From Pseudomonadota bacterium (GTDB taxonomy: Bacteria; Pseudomonadota; Gammaproteobacteria; JAKAQQ01): a stretch of DNA of 64,000 bases. The notes under the pieces were generated by a model. It saw nothing but the letters and a program-made list of their open reading frames with translations, did no database searches and was not told where the DNA came from. The stretch spans positions 13,970 through 77,969 of the forward strand of contig JAKCBQ010000003.1 in the NCBI GenBank assembly GCA_021839245.1, given 5' to 3'. The position numbers were made by a program, and so were the translations under genes. This document shows, piece by piece, positions 50,522-60,484 of the stretch (the first letter of the stretch is position 1; each line of letters starts with the position of its first letter).

Positions 50522-51018
50522 GGAGACGGGCTCTCGTGGTCGTCGAGACCCGCGCGAAGCTCGAGAACCTCAAGCACCGCCCGCATAGCCTCCGCGCCCT
50601 TGTTGTCCTGTGTCCCGGCGCGGGCCAGGGCCTGCGCCTCGTCGTCGGTCGTCAAGACCCCGAAACCGACGGGCACACCGGTTTCGAGCATCACCCGAAG
50701 CAGGCCGTCACAGACCGACCGCGCGATGTGGAGATAGTGATCGGTTTCCCCACGAATGACCGCACCGAGCGCCACGATCGCATCGGCCTGCCGCGAGCGC
50801 GCGAGCTGCAGCGCCAGCAAGGAGAGCTCCCAGGCCCCCGGAACACGGAGGATCCGGCACGAAGCTTTGGCATACGCCGAAGCCCGCAGCGCCGATTCGG
50901 CACCGGCCACGAGACCGTCGACGACCTCCTCGTTGTAACGGCTGGCCAGAATCACCAAACGCAGCGACGACGGAACCATGGCGGGACTCCCGGAGGCAGG
51001 ATCGTAGGTTGCGCTCAC
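50518..51018 (-). CDS. ribH: 6,7-dimethyl-8-ribityllumazine synthase
   Basis: LVILASRYNEEVVDGLVAGA...VPGAWELSL...AIVALGAVIRGETDHY...GFGVLTTDD. Confidence 0.85.
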   Translation of the reverse strand: MSATYDPASGSPAMVPSSLRLVILASRYNEEVVDGLVAGAESALRASAYAKASCRILRVPGAWELSLLALQLARSRQADAIVALGAVIRGETDHYLHIARSVCDGLLRVMLETGVPVGFGVLTTDDEAQALARAGTQDNKGAEAMRAVLEVLELRAGLDDHESPSP

Positions 51019-52229
51019 GACCCTCTCCCCTCAGAGCCCTGGCGCGTCCGGGCATACGTCGTTTCCCCCCCCACGGAGGCAGGGGACACGTATCCACTCA
51101 CCTCGAGACCGAACCCCGTGATCCCCTGCATGCGTTTGGGGGCGGACAAGACGCGCATGCGGCGCACCCCGAGGTCACGAAGAATCTGGGCCCCCACGCC
51201 GTAGGTGCGAAGCACGCTGCTCTCCTCGCCCGCAGGTTCGTCCGGACGATCACCGCGAACGAGGCGGGCCACGAGGGACGAGGGCTCTTCGGGCAAGCGC
51301 AGAAGGAGGAGGACCCCCCCCTCGCGGGCCACGGTGCCCAGGGCGTCACGAAGGGGCCAGCCGAGACTGGGCCAACGGATCCCGAGGACGTCGCTCAGAA
51401 AATTGCAGACGTGCACCCGCACCAGGACGTCCACGTCCGACCGGATCGGACCGCGGACAAAAGCAAAGTGCACGTGGCGCTGGATGTGATCTTCGTAGAC
51501 CACGAGCGGCAGCGGGCCGGCCTCCGTCGGGACGGAGCTTTCGTAGACGCGGGCCACGGTCATTTCGCGCTCCATGCGGTAGCGAATGAGAGAGGCGATC
51601 GTTCCGACCTTGAGACCGTGACGCCGGGCGAACACCTCGAGATCCGCACGGCGGGCCATCGTGCCGTCTTCGTTGAGCACTTCGACGATGGCGGCGGCGG
51701 GCTCGAAACCCGCCAGGCGCGCGAGATCGCAACTGGCCTCGGTGTGGCCGGCGCGGGTGAGAACGCCTCCGGGCTGAGCCATGATCGGAAAGACGTGCCC
51801 GGGCTGCACGATGTCCTCCGGGCGGGCTTCGGGCGCCACCGCGGTGCGGATCGTATGCGCCCGATCGTGGGCCGAAATGCCCGTGGTGACGCCGTGGGCC
51901 GCTTCGATCGAGACCGTAAAGCGGGTGCCGTGAGCCGTGCGATTGTCATGGACCATGAGAGGAAGACGCAGGCGCTCGCAGCGTTCACGGCTCATCGGCA
52001 AACAGATGAGCCCGCCCCCGTAACGGACCATGAAATTGATGTCCTCGGGACGCACGCATTCGGCCGCCATGACGAGATCGCCCTCGTTCTCGCGGTCTTC
52101 GTCATCCATGAGGATCACCATGCGCCCGGCGCGGATCTCCGCGATCAGCTCATCCGGGGAAGCGAGAACCGAGGCCTCTCCAGCCGCCGGAGCACCGGAG
52201 GAAGAACGGGGGGGGGCGTCAGCGGACAT
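51015..52229 (-). CDS. ribBA: bifunctional 3,4-dihydroxy-2-butanone-4-phosphate synthase / GTP cyclohydrolase II
   Basis: N-terminal RibB domain ([20 protein letters not shown]) and C-terminal RibA domain; 404 aa. Confidence 0.85.
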   Translation of the reverse strand: MSADAPPRSSSGAPAAGEASVLASPDELIAEIRAGRMVILMDDEDRENEGDLVMAAECVRPEDINFMVRYGGGLICLPMSRERCERLRLPLMVHDNRTAHGTRFTVSIEAAHGVTTGISAHDRAHTIRTAVAPEARPEDIVQPGHVFPIMAQPGGVLTRAGHTEASCDLARLAGFEPAAAIVEVLNEDGTMARRADLEVFARRHGLKVGTIASLIRYRMEREMTVARVYESSVPTEAGPLPLVVYEDHIQRHVHFAFVRGPIRSDVDVLVRVHVCNFLSDVLGIRWPSLGWPLRDALGTVAREGGVLLLLRLPEEPSSLVARLVRGDRPDEPAGEESSVLRTYGVGAQILRDLGVRRMRVLSAPKRMQGITGFGLEVSGYVSPASVGGETTYARTRQGSEGRGS

Positions 52230-52355
52230 GACAGGTGTTTCCCCGGAGAAAGGCGTCGATACGGAGAGTAGAGATTATCGCCGATCGGGTGAGGAGCATC
52301 GCGGCCCCGGTCGCGCCCGTGGGCTACACTTGAAGGCCGCAAAGCCCCCCACCCC

Positions 52356-53048
52356 ATGATCGCCAGTCTCCTCTACACCCTTTTCCACTACCGCCGCAGT
52401 TTCGGCGCTCTGGTTCACGAAAACCACTTTCTCGCCTACGGCATTCTCGGCACCTTCATCTTCGTCGAGTGCGGGATCCTGCTGCTGCCTCTCCTCCCGG
52501 GCGACACGCTGCTTTTCCTCGCCGGGACCCTGGCCGCCCAGGGCACGCTGGGTCTCACGGGCGTGATCGCAACCAGCGCTGTCGCCGCCGTGGCCGGCAA
52601 CCTCCTCAACTACGTCACCGGACGCTACACCGGACCGCGCGTCTTCCGGCGCACAAGTTCGCGCTGGTTCCGCCCGGAGTATCTCGCATGGACGCACGCT
52701 TTTTTTCAGCGCCACGGCGGCAAGACCGTGGTGATCGCGCGGCTGGTCCCGATCGCGCGGACGTTCACCCCCTTCGTCGCCGGCGTCGGCCGCATGGATC
52801 TCACGCGCTTCATGATCTACAACGTGGTGGGCGCTTTTCTGTGGATCGGGCTGATCAGCGGAGCGGGCTACTACTTTGGCAATCTGCCCGTCGTGCGCCA
52901 GAACTTTCTCCTCGCCGTGCTCCTCCTGGTGCTCGCCTCGCTGATCCCCATCGGCATCAAAGTGCTGCGGCACCGCCGGTCGCGCACCGCGGCCGCCGCG
53001 GCCCCGGACACCCGGCAAGTCAGAGACCCGGGCGAAGATTCTGCATGA
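52356..53048 (+). CDS. dedA: DedA-family membrane protein
   Basis: SNARE-associated/DedA pattern (GILLLPLLPGDTLLFLAG...VVIARLVPIARTFTPFVAGVGRM). Confidence 0.75.
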   Translation: MIASLLYTLFHYRRSFGALVHENHFLAYGILGTFIFVECGILLLPLLPGDTLLFLAGTLAAQGTLGLTGVIATSAVAAVAGNLLNYVTGRYTGPRVFRRTSSRWFRPEYLAWTHAFFQRHGGKTVVIARLVPIARTFTPFVAGVGRMDLTRFMIYNVVGAFLWIGLISGAGYYFGNLPVVRQNFLLAVLLLVLASLIPIGIKVLRHRRSRTAAAAAPDTRQVRDPGEDSA

Positions 53049-53490
53049 TCTCGCGCACGCGCCAGTGCCCGTCGCGCCGCACCCAAAGCGCCAGGTAATC
53101 GCCGTAGCGAACGACCGTGCCGGAGCGGAGGTGGACGCTCACCTCGAAGACACCGCTCGTCGAACCGGAGGTGTCGTGGCGAGAAACCCAGGCGCTTTCG
53201 GGTGTCCATTCGAGACGCGGCCCACGACGGCCCGGGAGAGCCTGAAGGATGGCCCGGCGACCGCTCAGGGGCGTGGCCCCCTCGGGATAGAACACCGCGT
53301 GCGGCGTGAGAAAGCGTGCAAAAGCCGCGCGGGCCCCACGTTTTTCGGCCAGCCGGGCAAAACGCTGGTCGACCCCGCGAAGACGTGCGGTCTCGCGGTG
53401 ACGGCGGACCAGCGCGTCGGGCCGCCCGCAGGCGGCCAAAAGCACGGGCAGAAGCACTAGGACAAAGGGGAAAAGCCGGCGGGGGGGCAT
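53020..53490 (-). CDS. lipoprotein, SnoaL-like/DUF4440-like
   Basis: Lipobox LLAACG. C-terminus YLALWVRRDGHWRV resembles DUF4440/NTF2-like proteins. Tentative. Confidence 0.4.
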   Translation of the reverse strand: MPPRRLFPFVLVLLPVLLAACGRPDALVRRHRETARLRGVDQRFARLAEKRGARAAFARFLTPHAVFYPEGATPLSGRRAILQALPGRRGPRLEWTPESAWVSRHDTSGSTSGVFEVSVHLRSGTVVRYGDYLALWVRRDGHWRVREIMQNLRPGL

Positions 53491-53494
53491 CGTC

Positions 53495-54058
53495 TCAGGT
53501 CTTGGGCAACGTCACGCCGCGCTGCCCTTGATACTTGCCGCCGCGGTCTTTGTAAGAGACTTCGCATTCCTCGTCGGCCTCAAGAAAAAGCATCTGGGCC
53601 ACACCCTCGTTCGCGTAGATCCTCGCCGGAAGAGGGGTGGTGTTGGAAAATTCGAGCGTGACGTGGCCTTCCCATTCGGGCTCGAGAGGGGTGACGTTGA
53701 CGATGATCCCGCAGCGGGCATAGGTCGATTTGCCGAGGCAGATCGTGAGGACGTTGCGCGGAATGCGAAAATATTCGACGGTGCGCGCGAGGGCGAAGGA
53801 GTTGGGCGGAATGATGCATTCGCGGCCCCGGACGTCGACGAAGCTCGTCGGCGAGAAGTTCTTGGGGTCGACGACGGCCGAGTTGATGTTGGTGAAGATT
53901 TTGAATTCGTCGGCGCACCTGACGTCGTACCCGTAGCTCGACGTGCCGAAAGACACGCAGCGGCGACCCTCGTGCGAGGAGATCTGCCGCGGCTCGAACG
54001 GGGCGATCATCCCCCGTTCGCCCATGGCCCGAATCCAGCGGTCGGACTTGAGACCCAT
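53495..54058 (-). CDS. dcd: dCTP deaminase
   Basis: Starts [10 protein letters not shown]; [18 protein letters not shown]...VVDPKNF are conserved Dcd blocks. The upstream part of the track ORF is Arg-rich junk. Confidence 0.85.
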   Translation of the reverse strand: MGLKSDRWIRAMGERGMIAPFEPRQISSHEGRRCVSFGTSSYGYDVRCADEFKIFTNINSAVVDPKNFSPTSFVDVRGRECIIPPNSFALARTVEYFRIPRNVLTICLGKSTYARCGIIVNVTPLEPEWEGHVTLEFSNTTPLPARIYANEGVAQMLFLEADEECEVSYKDRGGKYQGQRGVTLPKT

Positions 54059-55137
54059 CAGCTTTCCTCCGTCACGATTTCGGGCGGCACGAGATCCTCG
54101 GGATTGAGAGAGGCGAGCTCCGCAGCCAGCTGCAGGGCGACGGCGCGGAAACGCCGCGCCAGGGCGCCTTGGGGCTCGTCGAGAACGATCGGCCGACCGC
54201 GATCGCTGGCCCCGACGAGCGCCGGATCGAAAGGAAGAGATCCAAGATACGGGACCGCGCACGCTCGCGCGAGCGCCTCGCCGCCGCCCCGCCCGAAAAG
54301 CTCCTCCTCGTGTCCGCAGTGCGGGCAACGGTAGCCCGCCATGTTCTCGAGGACGCCGAGGACGGGGACGCGCACCGTCTCGAAAAGACGAAGTCCGCGG
54401 CGCGCGTCCATGACGGCCACGTCCTGGGGGGTGGTCACGATCACGACGCCGGAGACGGCGATCCTCTGGGCCAGCGTGAGGTGGATGTCGCCCGTCCCGG
54501 GAGGCATGTCGACCAGAAGATAGTCGAGCGGCGGCCAGTCGGTCTGGAGAAGGAGCTGCTGGAGGGCCTGGGTCACCATCGGTCCGCGCCAGGCCACGGC
54601 GGTGTCGTCGGGCACAAGAAAAGCGACGCTCATCACCTTGAGCCCGTGCGCCTCGAGGGGGTCGAGGCGACGGCCGTCGCGGCTGCGGGCCCGGGCTTCC
54701 GCCAGGCCCGCGAGGCGGGCGAGGCTCGGACCGTAAATGTCCGCATCGAGCACGCCCACCCGAGCGCCGAGGCCGGCGAGCGAAAGCGCGAGGTTGTAGG
54801 TGAGGGTCGATTTTCCGACACCGCCCTTGGCCGAGGAGACGGCCACGAGATGGGCGACTTCTCCAAGGCCCGTGTGCTCGCCCGGCACCAGGGTCGGACG
54901 CGCTTCGAAACGCGTCTCGAGCTCGACCGAAGCGACCCCGAGACGTTGGGCGAGAGCAGACGCGAGAGCACTCCGTTGCTCGTCCGATCCCTCTCCCTCG
55001 ATCGGATAGCGGAACACGAGCGTGAACGAGGGCCGGGACCCCTCGGGTCTCGCTCTGAGCTCAGCCACGCGAGACAGGGGGCGACCGCTCCGGGGATCCT
55101 TGAGCCCATCGAGAAGAGATGGAAGATCCACCGTCAC
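54058..55137 (-). CDS. apbC: iron-sulfur cluster carrier ATPase Mrp/ApbC
   Basis: Deviant Walker [11 protein letters not shown]; CxxC motif (CPHCGHEE); N-terminal DUF59-like region. Confidence 0.85.
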   Translation of the reverse strand: MTVDLPSLLDGLKDPRSGRPLSRVAELRARPEGSRPSFTLVFRYPIEGEGSDEQRSALASALAQRLGVASVELETRFEARPTLVPGEHTGLGEVAHLVAVSSAKGGVGKSTLTYNLALSLAGLGARVGVLDADIYGPSLARLAGLAEARARSRDGRRLDPLEAHGLKVMSVAFLVPDDTAVAWRGPMVTQALQQLLLQTDWPPLDYLLVDMPPGTGDIHLTLAQRIAVSGVVIVTTPQDVAVMDARRGLRLFETVRVPVLGVLENMAGYRCPHCGHEEELFGRGGGEALARACAVPYLGSLPFDPALVGASDRGRPIVLDEPQGALARRFRAVALQLAAELASLNPEDLVPPEIVTEES

Positions 55138-55269
55138 GGAGTCGATTCCTCAGAGTCGTGGTGCGCACCGCCGCTCACGCGCTCATGGTAGCCGATCGTG
55201 CCCGCCGCGCGGACTGGCGCCGAGTGCGGCTCCCGCCGATAATGGACCCGTTTCCCCGAGGATCCTCCG

Positions 55270-56223
55270 ATGAGCGCCGAACCCACGCCCGCTTCTCGTC
55301 GTTCCACGGCCAACCTCGTGCGTCTCTTCCGTGGGCTCCTCGACGAGGCCGAAGGGATTTTCTACGGGCAACGCACGGTCGTCACCCTCGCCCTCACCGG
55401 CGTCCTGGCCGATGGCCATCTCCTTCTCGAGGACCACCCGGGAACCGGCAAGACCCTCCTCGCCTCGACCCTCGCGCATCTCCTCGGTCTTGGTTTTCGG
55501 CGCGTTCAGTTTACGAGCGACCTCCTCCCGGCGGACATCCTGGGCTCCCAGGTCTACGACAGCACGGAAGGGACGTTCCGTTTTGTTCCCGGACCGGTCT
55601 TTACGCCTTTTCTCCTGGCCGACGAGATCAACCGTGCGCCCCCCCGCACGCAGAGCGCGCTCCTCGAGGTCATGGACGAGCGTCAGGTGAGCGTCGATGG
55701 AGTCACGCACCCTCTCCCCCGTCCCTTCGTCGTCGTCGCCACCCAAAATCCCGGCGATCAAACCGGCACGTACCCGCTACCCGAATCGCAGCTCGACCGT
55801 TTTCTCCTGCGCCTCGAGCTCGGCTATCCCGACGTCGAGCGGGAAAAGGATCTCTGGGGGGGTGAGGATCCGCGCGAACGACTCCTGCGCACACCGCCGT
55901 GCACCGACGCCGAGACCTTGACGGCGGCGCAGGCGACGGTGCGTGCCATGACGGTGTCGGAAGCCCTTCTCGACTACGTCGCGCGGCTGGTCGCCCGCAC
56001 GCGGAGCGCCCCCTCACTCACCCCCGGACTCTCGCCGCGCGCCGGCCGCGCGCTCGTCGCGGCCGCCCGCGCCCACGCCTTCCTCAACGGCCGTGGCGCA
56101 CCGTGGCCCGACGATGTCAAGGCCGTCTTCGTCGCCGTGGCCGCCCACCGGTTGGGCCGTGCGGGCGTCGCCTCGACGGCGGCGGAGCTCACCGCCCTTC
56201 TCGAGACCACGACCGCCCGGTGA
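55270..56223 (+). CDS. moxR: MoxR-family AAA+ ATPase
   Basis: Walker A GTGKT; LLADEINRAPPRTQSALLEVMDERQVSVDG. Confidence 0.85.
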   Translation: MSAEPTPASRRSTANLVRLFRGLLDEAEGIFYGQRTVVTLALTGVLADGHLLLEDHPGTGKTLLASTLAHLLGLGFRRVQFTSDLLPADILGSQVYDSTEGTFRFVPGPVFTPFLLADEINRAPPRTQSALLEVMDERQVSVDGVTHPLPRPFVVVATQNPGDQTGTYPLPESQLDRFLLRLELGYPDVEREKDLWGGEDPRERLLRTPPCTDAETLTAAQATVRAMTVSEALLDYVARLVARTRSAPSLTPGLSPRAGRALVAAARAHAFLNGRGAPWPDDVKAVFVAVAAHRLGRAGVASTAAELTALLETTTAR

Positions 56224-57140
56224 ACACGCTCGCGGAGCGTCTTGGATTTCCGCGCCCGAACCGGCGCTACATCCTTCCCACGCGCTTCGGTCTCGCCTAC
56301 GCGCTGGTCGTGTTCCTGGTCTTCCTCGGCGCGGTGAATTACAGCGACAACATGGCGCTCTTGCTGACCTTCGTCCTCGCCGCTCTCGCCTGGCTTGCGA
56401 TGATCCGCTGCGAACGGAGCCTGAGCGGCCTCGAAATCGAGATCGACCCCCCTCCCGTGGGCTTCGTCGGCCGCCCTCTCGCCGTCGGCGTGAGACTTCG
56501 CGGAACCCGTTTCCGTCCGCCGACCCTCCTCGCCGTGGCCTTCCGCGGGGGGGAACGGACCGGCGTCCCGCGACCGGCCGTAGGCGAGACACAGGCGGCC
56601 GCACTCTCGTTCGTGCCCGCGCGCCGGGGGCGTGTCCCGATCCCGCCCTGGCGCCTCTCGTGCGAACGTCCGCTGGGACTCTTTCACGCTTGGCGCGGGG
56701 CCCCAAGCGGACGGGAGGCGATCGTCGCCCCCGCCCCGGCCACGGACGGTCCGTGGCGCCCCCCCTCCGCCCTCCCCCCGTGCCGAGGCCACGAGGAGAG
56801 CGAAGACTTCCGCGAACTCCGACCGTGGCGGAGCGGGGATCCCCCCCGCCGCATCGCGTGGCGGGTCTACGCCCGCCGGCGCGAGCTTCTCGTGCGCACA
56901 TACGAGCCGCCCCCGTCACCCGAACTCGTGCTGCGCTGGGAAGAAACCGATGCGTTGGCTCGAGGAACGGGAAGAGAGCGGAAGGAACATCGCCTCTCGA
57001 TCCTCTGCCGTTGGGTGCTGGAAGCCGAGCGGGAGGGAGCGCCCTACGGGCTGGTCCTTCCCTCCGTCACGATCGCCCCGAACCGGGGCGAGGCGCATCT
57101 TCGTGCCTGCCTCGAGGCCCTGGCCCTTCATGATCTCTGA
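56220..57140 (+). CDS. DUF58 domain protein (MoxR partner)
   Basis: GTG overlaps the moxR stop. Two N-terminal TM helices. Occupies the usual position in the MoxR-DUF58-transglutaminase triad. Confidence 0.65.
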   Translation: MNTLAERLGFPRPNRRYILPTRFGLAYALVVFLVFLGAVNYSDNMALLLTFVLAALAWLAMIRCERSLSGLEIEIDPPPVGFVGRPLAVGVRLRGTRFRPPTLLAVAFRGGERTGVPRPAVGETQAAALSFVPARRGRVPIPPWRLSCERPLGLFHAWRGAPSGREAIVAPAPATDGPWRPPSALPPCRGHEESEDFRELRPWRSGDPPRRIAWRVYARRRELLVRTYEPPPSPELVLRWEETDALARGTGRERKEHRLSILCRWVLEAEREGAPYGLVLPSVTIAPNRGEAHLRACLEALALHDL

Positions 57141-59253
57141 GCCCGGCTCGGCGTCGCCCGCGGTGGGGTCGGGGGGCCTTTCACGGAGGCGGCGGAAGGC
57201 ACAGCGGGACGGACGCCCCCTTGAGCGGCGTCGTTTTCTCCTCTTCGCCGCGATCCTTGTCCTGGCGGCCTTGCCGGTGGCGGTCGACGATTTCGTTCCG
57301 TGGATCACACCCCCGGCCGGCCTTTTGGTGCTGGTGGCTCTCGTCCGCGGGCCGCGCGGCCGGCGACCTCCGCTGGCTTTTCTTCTCGCCCTCTCCGCCG
57401 CCGCCTTTGCCGGAACCTTCCTCCACTACGGCACCATCAACGGACTTCGGGCCGGGGGGAGCCTTCTTCTCTGCTTGGTCGGGCTCAAACTTCTCGAGAC
57501 ACGCCACGAACGCGACCTCAACACGGTGCTTCTCCTCACCGTGTTCCTCCTCGCCACCGATCTTTTTTTCGGGCAACAGCTGACGGCGGTCGCCTACGTG
57601 GCCGCCGTTTTCGTTTTTCTCCTTGCCGCCTGGATAGGAAGCGGGACAACGTCCGTACCGCCGCACGGCGAGAAGCCGCTCGCCCCCGCTCGTTCCGGAC
57701 TTCGACCCGCACTCGGCCTCCTCGCCTGGGCTCTTCCCTGGGCGCTCGTGCTCTTCGTCTTCATCCCCCGCGTTCACGGCCCCCTTTGGGGGTGGGGACG
57801 GCGTCACGCCTGGGTGAGTGGTCTTTCCCCCAATCTCCAACTCGGCGGCATCGGCCGGCTCATCGTCTCGCGGCGCACGGTCATGACCGTGCGCTTCGTC
57901 CGCCCCCGTCCCCCCACCGATCAACGCTATTTTCGCGTCTATGTCTTCAACCGCTTCGGCGGCAAGGAGTGGCAACCCTCGCGCCGCGCGCTCGAACCCG
58001 CACCCCCCGTCGCCGAAAACAACGATGTGAAGGGTGCACGGGTCGCCTACCGGGTGCTTCTCCGTCCCGACGGACGCTCGGCGCTCGCCGTCCTCGGCCG
58101 CCCGCTCACCGTTCCCGAAGGAGCTTGGCTCACACGGGCCGGCACACTCCGGGCCCGGCGGCCGCTTCGGCGGAGTTTTCACTACAGCCTCGTCGCGCTC
58201 AGGGGGCCGCGCCCGGCCCCACAGCTGAGCGCACGGGCGCGGGCCCGCGACCTCGAGTTGCCCCCGGGCGTCGATCGCCGCGCCCGCCGTCTCGCGCGGC
58301 GCTGGCGGCGGCGGAATCCGCGGCCCTCGGCTCTCGTCGAGCGCGTGCTCCGGTATTTTCACGACGAACCCTTCTATTACACGCTTCATCCTCCGCCGCT
58401 CCACGGACGGAACGCCGTTGACATGTTTCTCTTTCGCACTCGCCGGGGATTCTGCACGGACTACGCCACGGCCTTTGCGGTCCTCATGCGGGCGGCGGGT
58501 GTTCCCACACGTGTCGTGAGCGGCTACCTCGGAGGCCGTTACGATCCGCTCAACGGGCGGGTCGTCTTCAACGGTGCGGACGCCCACGCCTGGGACGAAG
58601 TCTGGATCCGGGGGGCCTGGCGCCGCGTGGATCCGACGGCCGCCATCGCCCGAAGCCGTATCTCGCTTCGGGCCCTGAGCCTCCTCACGGGCGGTTACAC
58701 GGTCGGGGGCTTCGATGTGCGGGAGAGTCGCTGGCTCACGCGCGTCGGCGATTTCTGGCGCCGGATCGGGGCCGTCTGGAACCGCGACGTGCTCGGCTAC
58801 GGACCGCGGTTGCAGCGGGCGTTTCTCCGTCGTTTGGGTTGGAGGATCCGGGGCTGGCGCTCCTGGCTTCCCATCCTGATCGGGGTCCTCGTCGTACCGC
58901 CGCTTCTCCTCTGGGGGCTCGTGCTCCTCGAGAACAAGCGCCGCCGCGGCACCCGCGGCGAGCGGGACTGGGAGCGTCTTCTCCACCGTCTCGGCGCACT
59001 CTTCCCCCCGGCGATTGCCCCCGGCGAAACAGCGCTCGAGTTCGCGGGCCGGATCGCCCGGAGCCACCCCACCCTCGGTCGGCGGTTCCTCACCCTCGCC
59101 CGCCGCCGCGGTCGTGTTCTCTACGAACCCGGGTCCGGACCGGTGGAGCTGCGCCGTTACCGCAAAACGCTCCGCGTCCTTCGCGCGCGCCTCGCCCGAA
59201 TCTCGCTCAGTCCGCCGGAGGCAACGCCAACTCGGCGTCGGCCGGAACCCTGA
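57130..59253 (+). CDS. transglutaminase-like membrane protein (DUF3488 plus TGase core)
   Basis: N-terminal TM region. Transglutaminase cysteine-protease core GFCTDYATAFAVLMRAAGVPTRVVSGY. Confidence 0.75.
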   Translation: MISEPGSASPAVGSGGLSRRRRKAQRDGRPLERRRFLLFAAILVLAALPVAVDDFVPWITPPAGLLVLVALVRGPRGRRPPLAFLLALSAAAFAGTFLHYGTINGLRAGGSLLLCLVGLKLLETRHERDLNTVLLLTVFLLATDLFFGQQLTAVAYVAAVFVFLLAAWIGSGTTSVPPHGEKPLAPARSGLRPALGLLAWALPWALVLFVFIPRVHGPLWGWGRRHAWVSGLSPNLQLGGIGRLIVSRRTVMTVRFVRPRPPTDQRYFRVYVFNRFGGKEWQPSRRALEPAPPVAENNDVKGARVAYRVLLRPDGRSALAVLGRPLTVPEGAWLTRAGTLRARRPLRRSFHYSLVALRGPRPAPQLSARARARDLELPPGVDRRARRLARRWRRRNPRPSALVERVLRYFHDEPFYYTLHPPPLHGRNAVDMFLFRTRRGFCTDYATAFAVLMRAAGVPTRVVSGYLGGRYDPLNGRVVFNGADAHAWDEVWIRGAWRRVDPTAAIARSRISLRALSLLTGGYTVGGFDVRESRWLTRVGDFWRRIGAVWNRDVLGYGPRLQRAFLRRLGWRIRGWRSWLPILIGVLVVPPLLLWGLVLLENKRRRGTRGERDWERLLHRLGALFPPAIAPGETALEFAGRIARSHPTLGRRFLTLARRRGRVLYEPGSGPVELRRYRKTLRVLRARLARISLSPPEATPTRRRPEP

Positions 59254-60484
59254 GGAGCAAGACCGCCCCGGCCAGGAACAGAAGAACGACGGTGGCGATC
59301 GCGCCGCGCGCCGAACCGCTCACGAATTCGGTGGCGGCGACGAGGAGCGGACCGAGCACCGCCGAGAACTTCCCGACCACCCCGTAGAAGCCGAAGAACT
59401 CCGCCGAGCGCCCACGCGGGATAAGCCTTCCGTAATAAGCCCGCGAGAGACCCTGAATGCCGCCTTGGACCAAGCCCACGGTGGCGGCCAGAACGAAGAA
59501 CTCCGTCACGGTGTGCATCCGGGCCGCGGCCAGCGTCGCGAGAGCGTAGACGCCGATCGCGAGGAGAAGGCCGCGGCGAAGCCCCCAGCGTTCGCCGAGA
59601 CGGGCGTAGAGCACCGCCGAGGGGAAGGCCACCGCCTGGGTGAGAAGAAGGGCCTCGACCAGGCTCGCCGACGGAAACCCCAACGCGAGGCCGTAACTGA
59701 CGGCAAGACGGATGATCGTATTCACGCCGTCGATGTAGCACCAGTAGGCGAGGAGGAAGAGCACGACCGTGCGGTGGCGACGCACCTCGCGGAACGTCCG
59801 CCGAAGGCGCGTCCAGCCTTCGGCCATGAGCGTGGCCACGGAGGGCCCGGAGGGCCTCGCCTCGGGCGTCCGCACGAGGAGCGGAAGCGAGAGTCCCGCC
59901 CACCAGACGGCGACACTACCGAGGACCACGATCCGCACGGCCGCCGGGCTCTCGAGCCCAAAGAGTGCAGGGTGCGTGGCCACCACGATCTCGGCCGCAA
60001 AGAGCGCCCCTCCGGCCAGATAGCCCGCGGCGTACGCGTAGGTCGAGACACGGGTGAACGCCTCCGGGCCGACGGCGTGCGGAAGAAGAGCGTTGTAGAA
60101 GACGTTCGCGGCGGAATAACCCACGGCGGCCAAAGCGTAGAGCGCGAGCGCTCCCGTCAACGCTCCGGCGGGAAGAAACGCGAGTGCGGCCGTCGCACCG
60201 ACACCGAGCACGACCCCCGTGGCGAGGAACCGGCTGCGGGCCGAACGGGCGTCGGCCATGGCTCCGGCGAGAGGAGCGAGGAACGCCACGAAGAGGGCCG
60301 CGGCCGAAGCGGCAAGACCGAGATCGGCGAGATCCGTCGCGGGCGTGACCCCCCGACCCCAGACGTGAACGAGGAAGACCGGGAAGAACCCGGCCATGAC
60401 GGTCGTCGCAAAAGCCGATTCCGCCGCATCGTAGAGAAGCCAGCGCCAGGCAGGACGCACGGACGTCCCTCCCACGTTCGTCAC
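59207..60484 (-). CDS. MFS transporter
   Basis: 425 aa with about 12 predicted TM helices; typical MFS loop between TM2 and TM3. Confidence 0.7.
   Translation of the reverse strand: MTNVGGTSVRPAWRWLLYDAAESAFATTVMAGFFPVFLVHVWGRGVTPATDLADLGLAASAAALFVAFLAPLAGAMADARSARSRFLATGVVLGVGATAALAFLPAGALTGALALYALAAVGYSAANVFYNALLPHAVGPEAFTRVSTYAYAAGYLAGGALFAAEIVVATHPALFGLESPAAVRIVVLGSVAVWWAGLSLPLLVRTPEARPSGPSVATLMAEGWTRLRRTFREVRRHRTVVLFLLAYWCYIDGVNTIIRLAVSYGLALGFPSASLVEALLLTQAVAFPSAVLYARLGERWGLRRGLLLAIGVYALATLAAARMHTVTEFFVLAATVGLVQGGIQGLSRAYYGRLIPRGRSAEFFGFYGVVGKFSAVLGPLLVAATEFVSGSARGAIATVVLLFLAGAVLLLRVPADAELALPPAD

Noticed and set aside
52230-52355. Possible FMN riboswitch upstream of ribBA
   Set aside because: The leader is only about 125 nt and lacks the conserved RFN-element blocks (e.g. 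GGATGAAAG and CCGACGGTA-TAGTCCGGATG-like segments) on the relevant strand.
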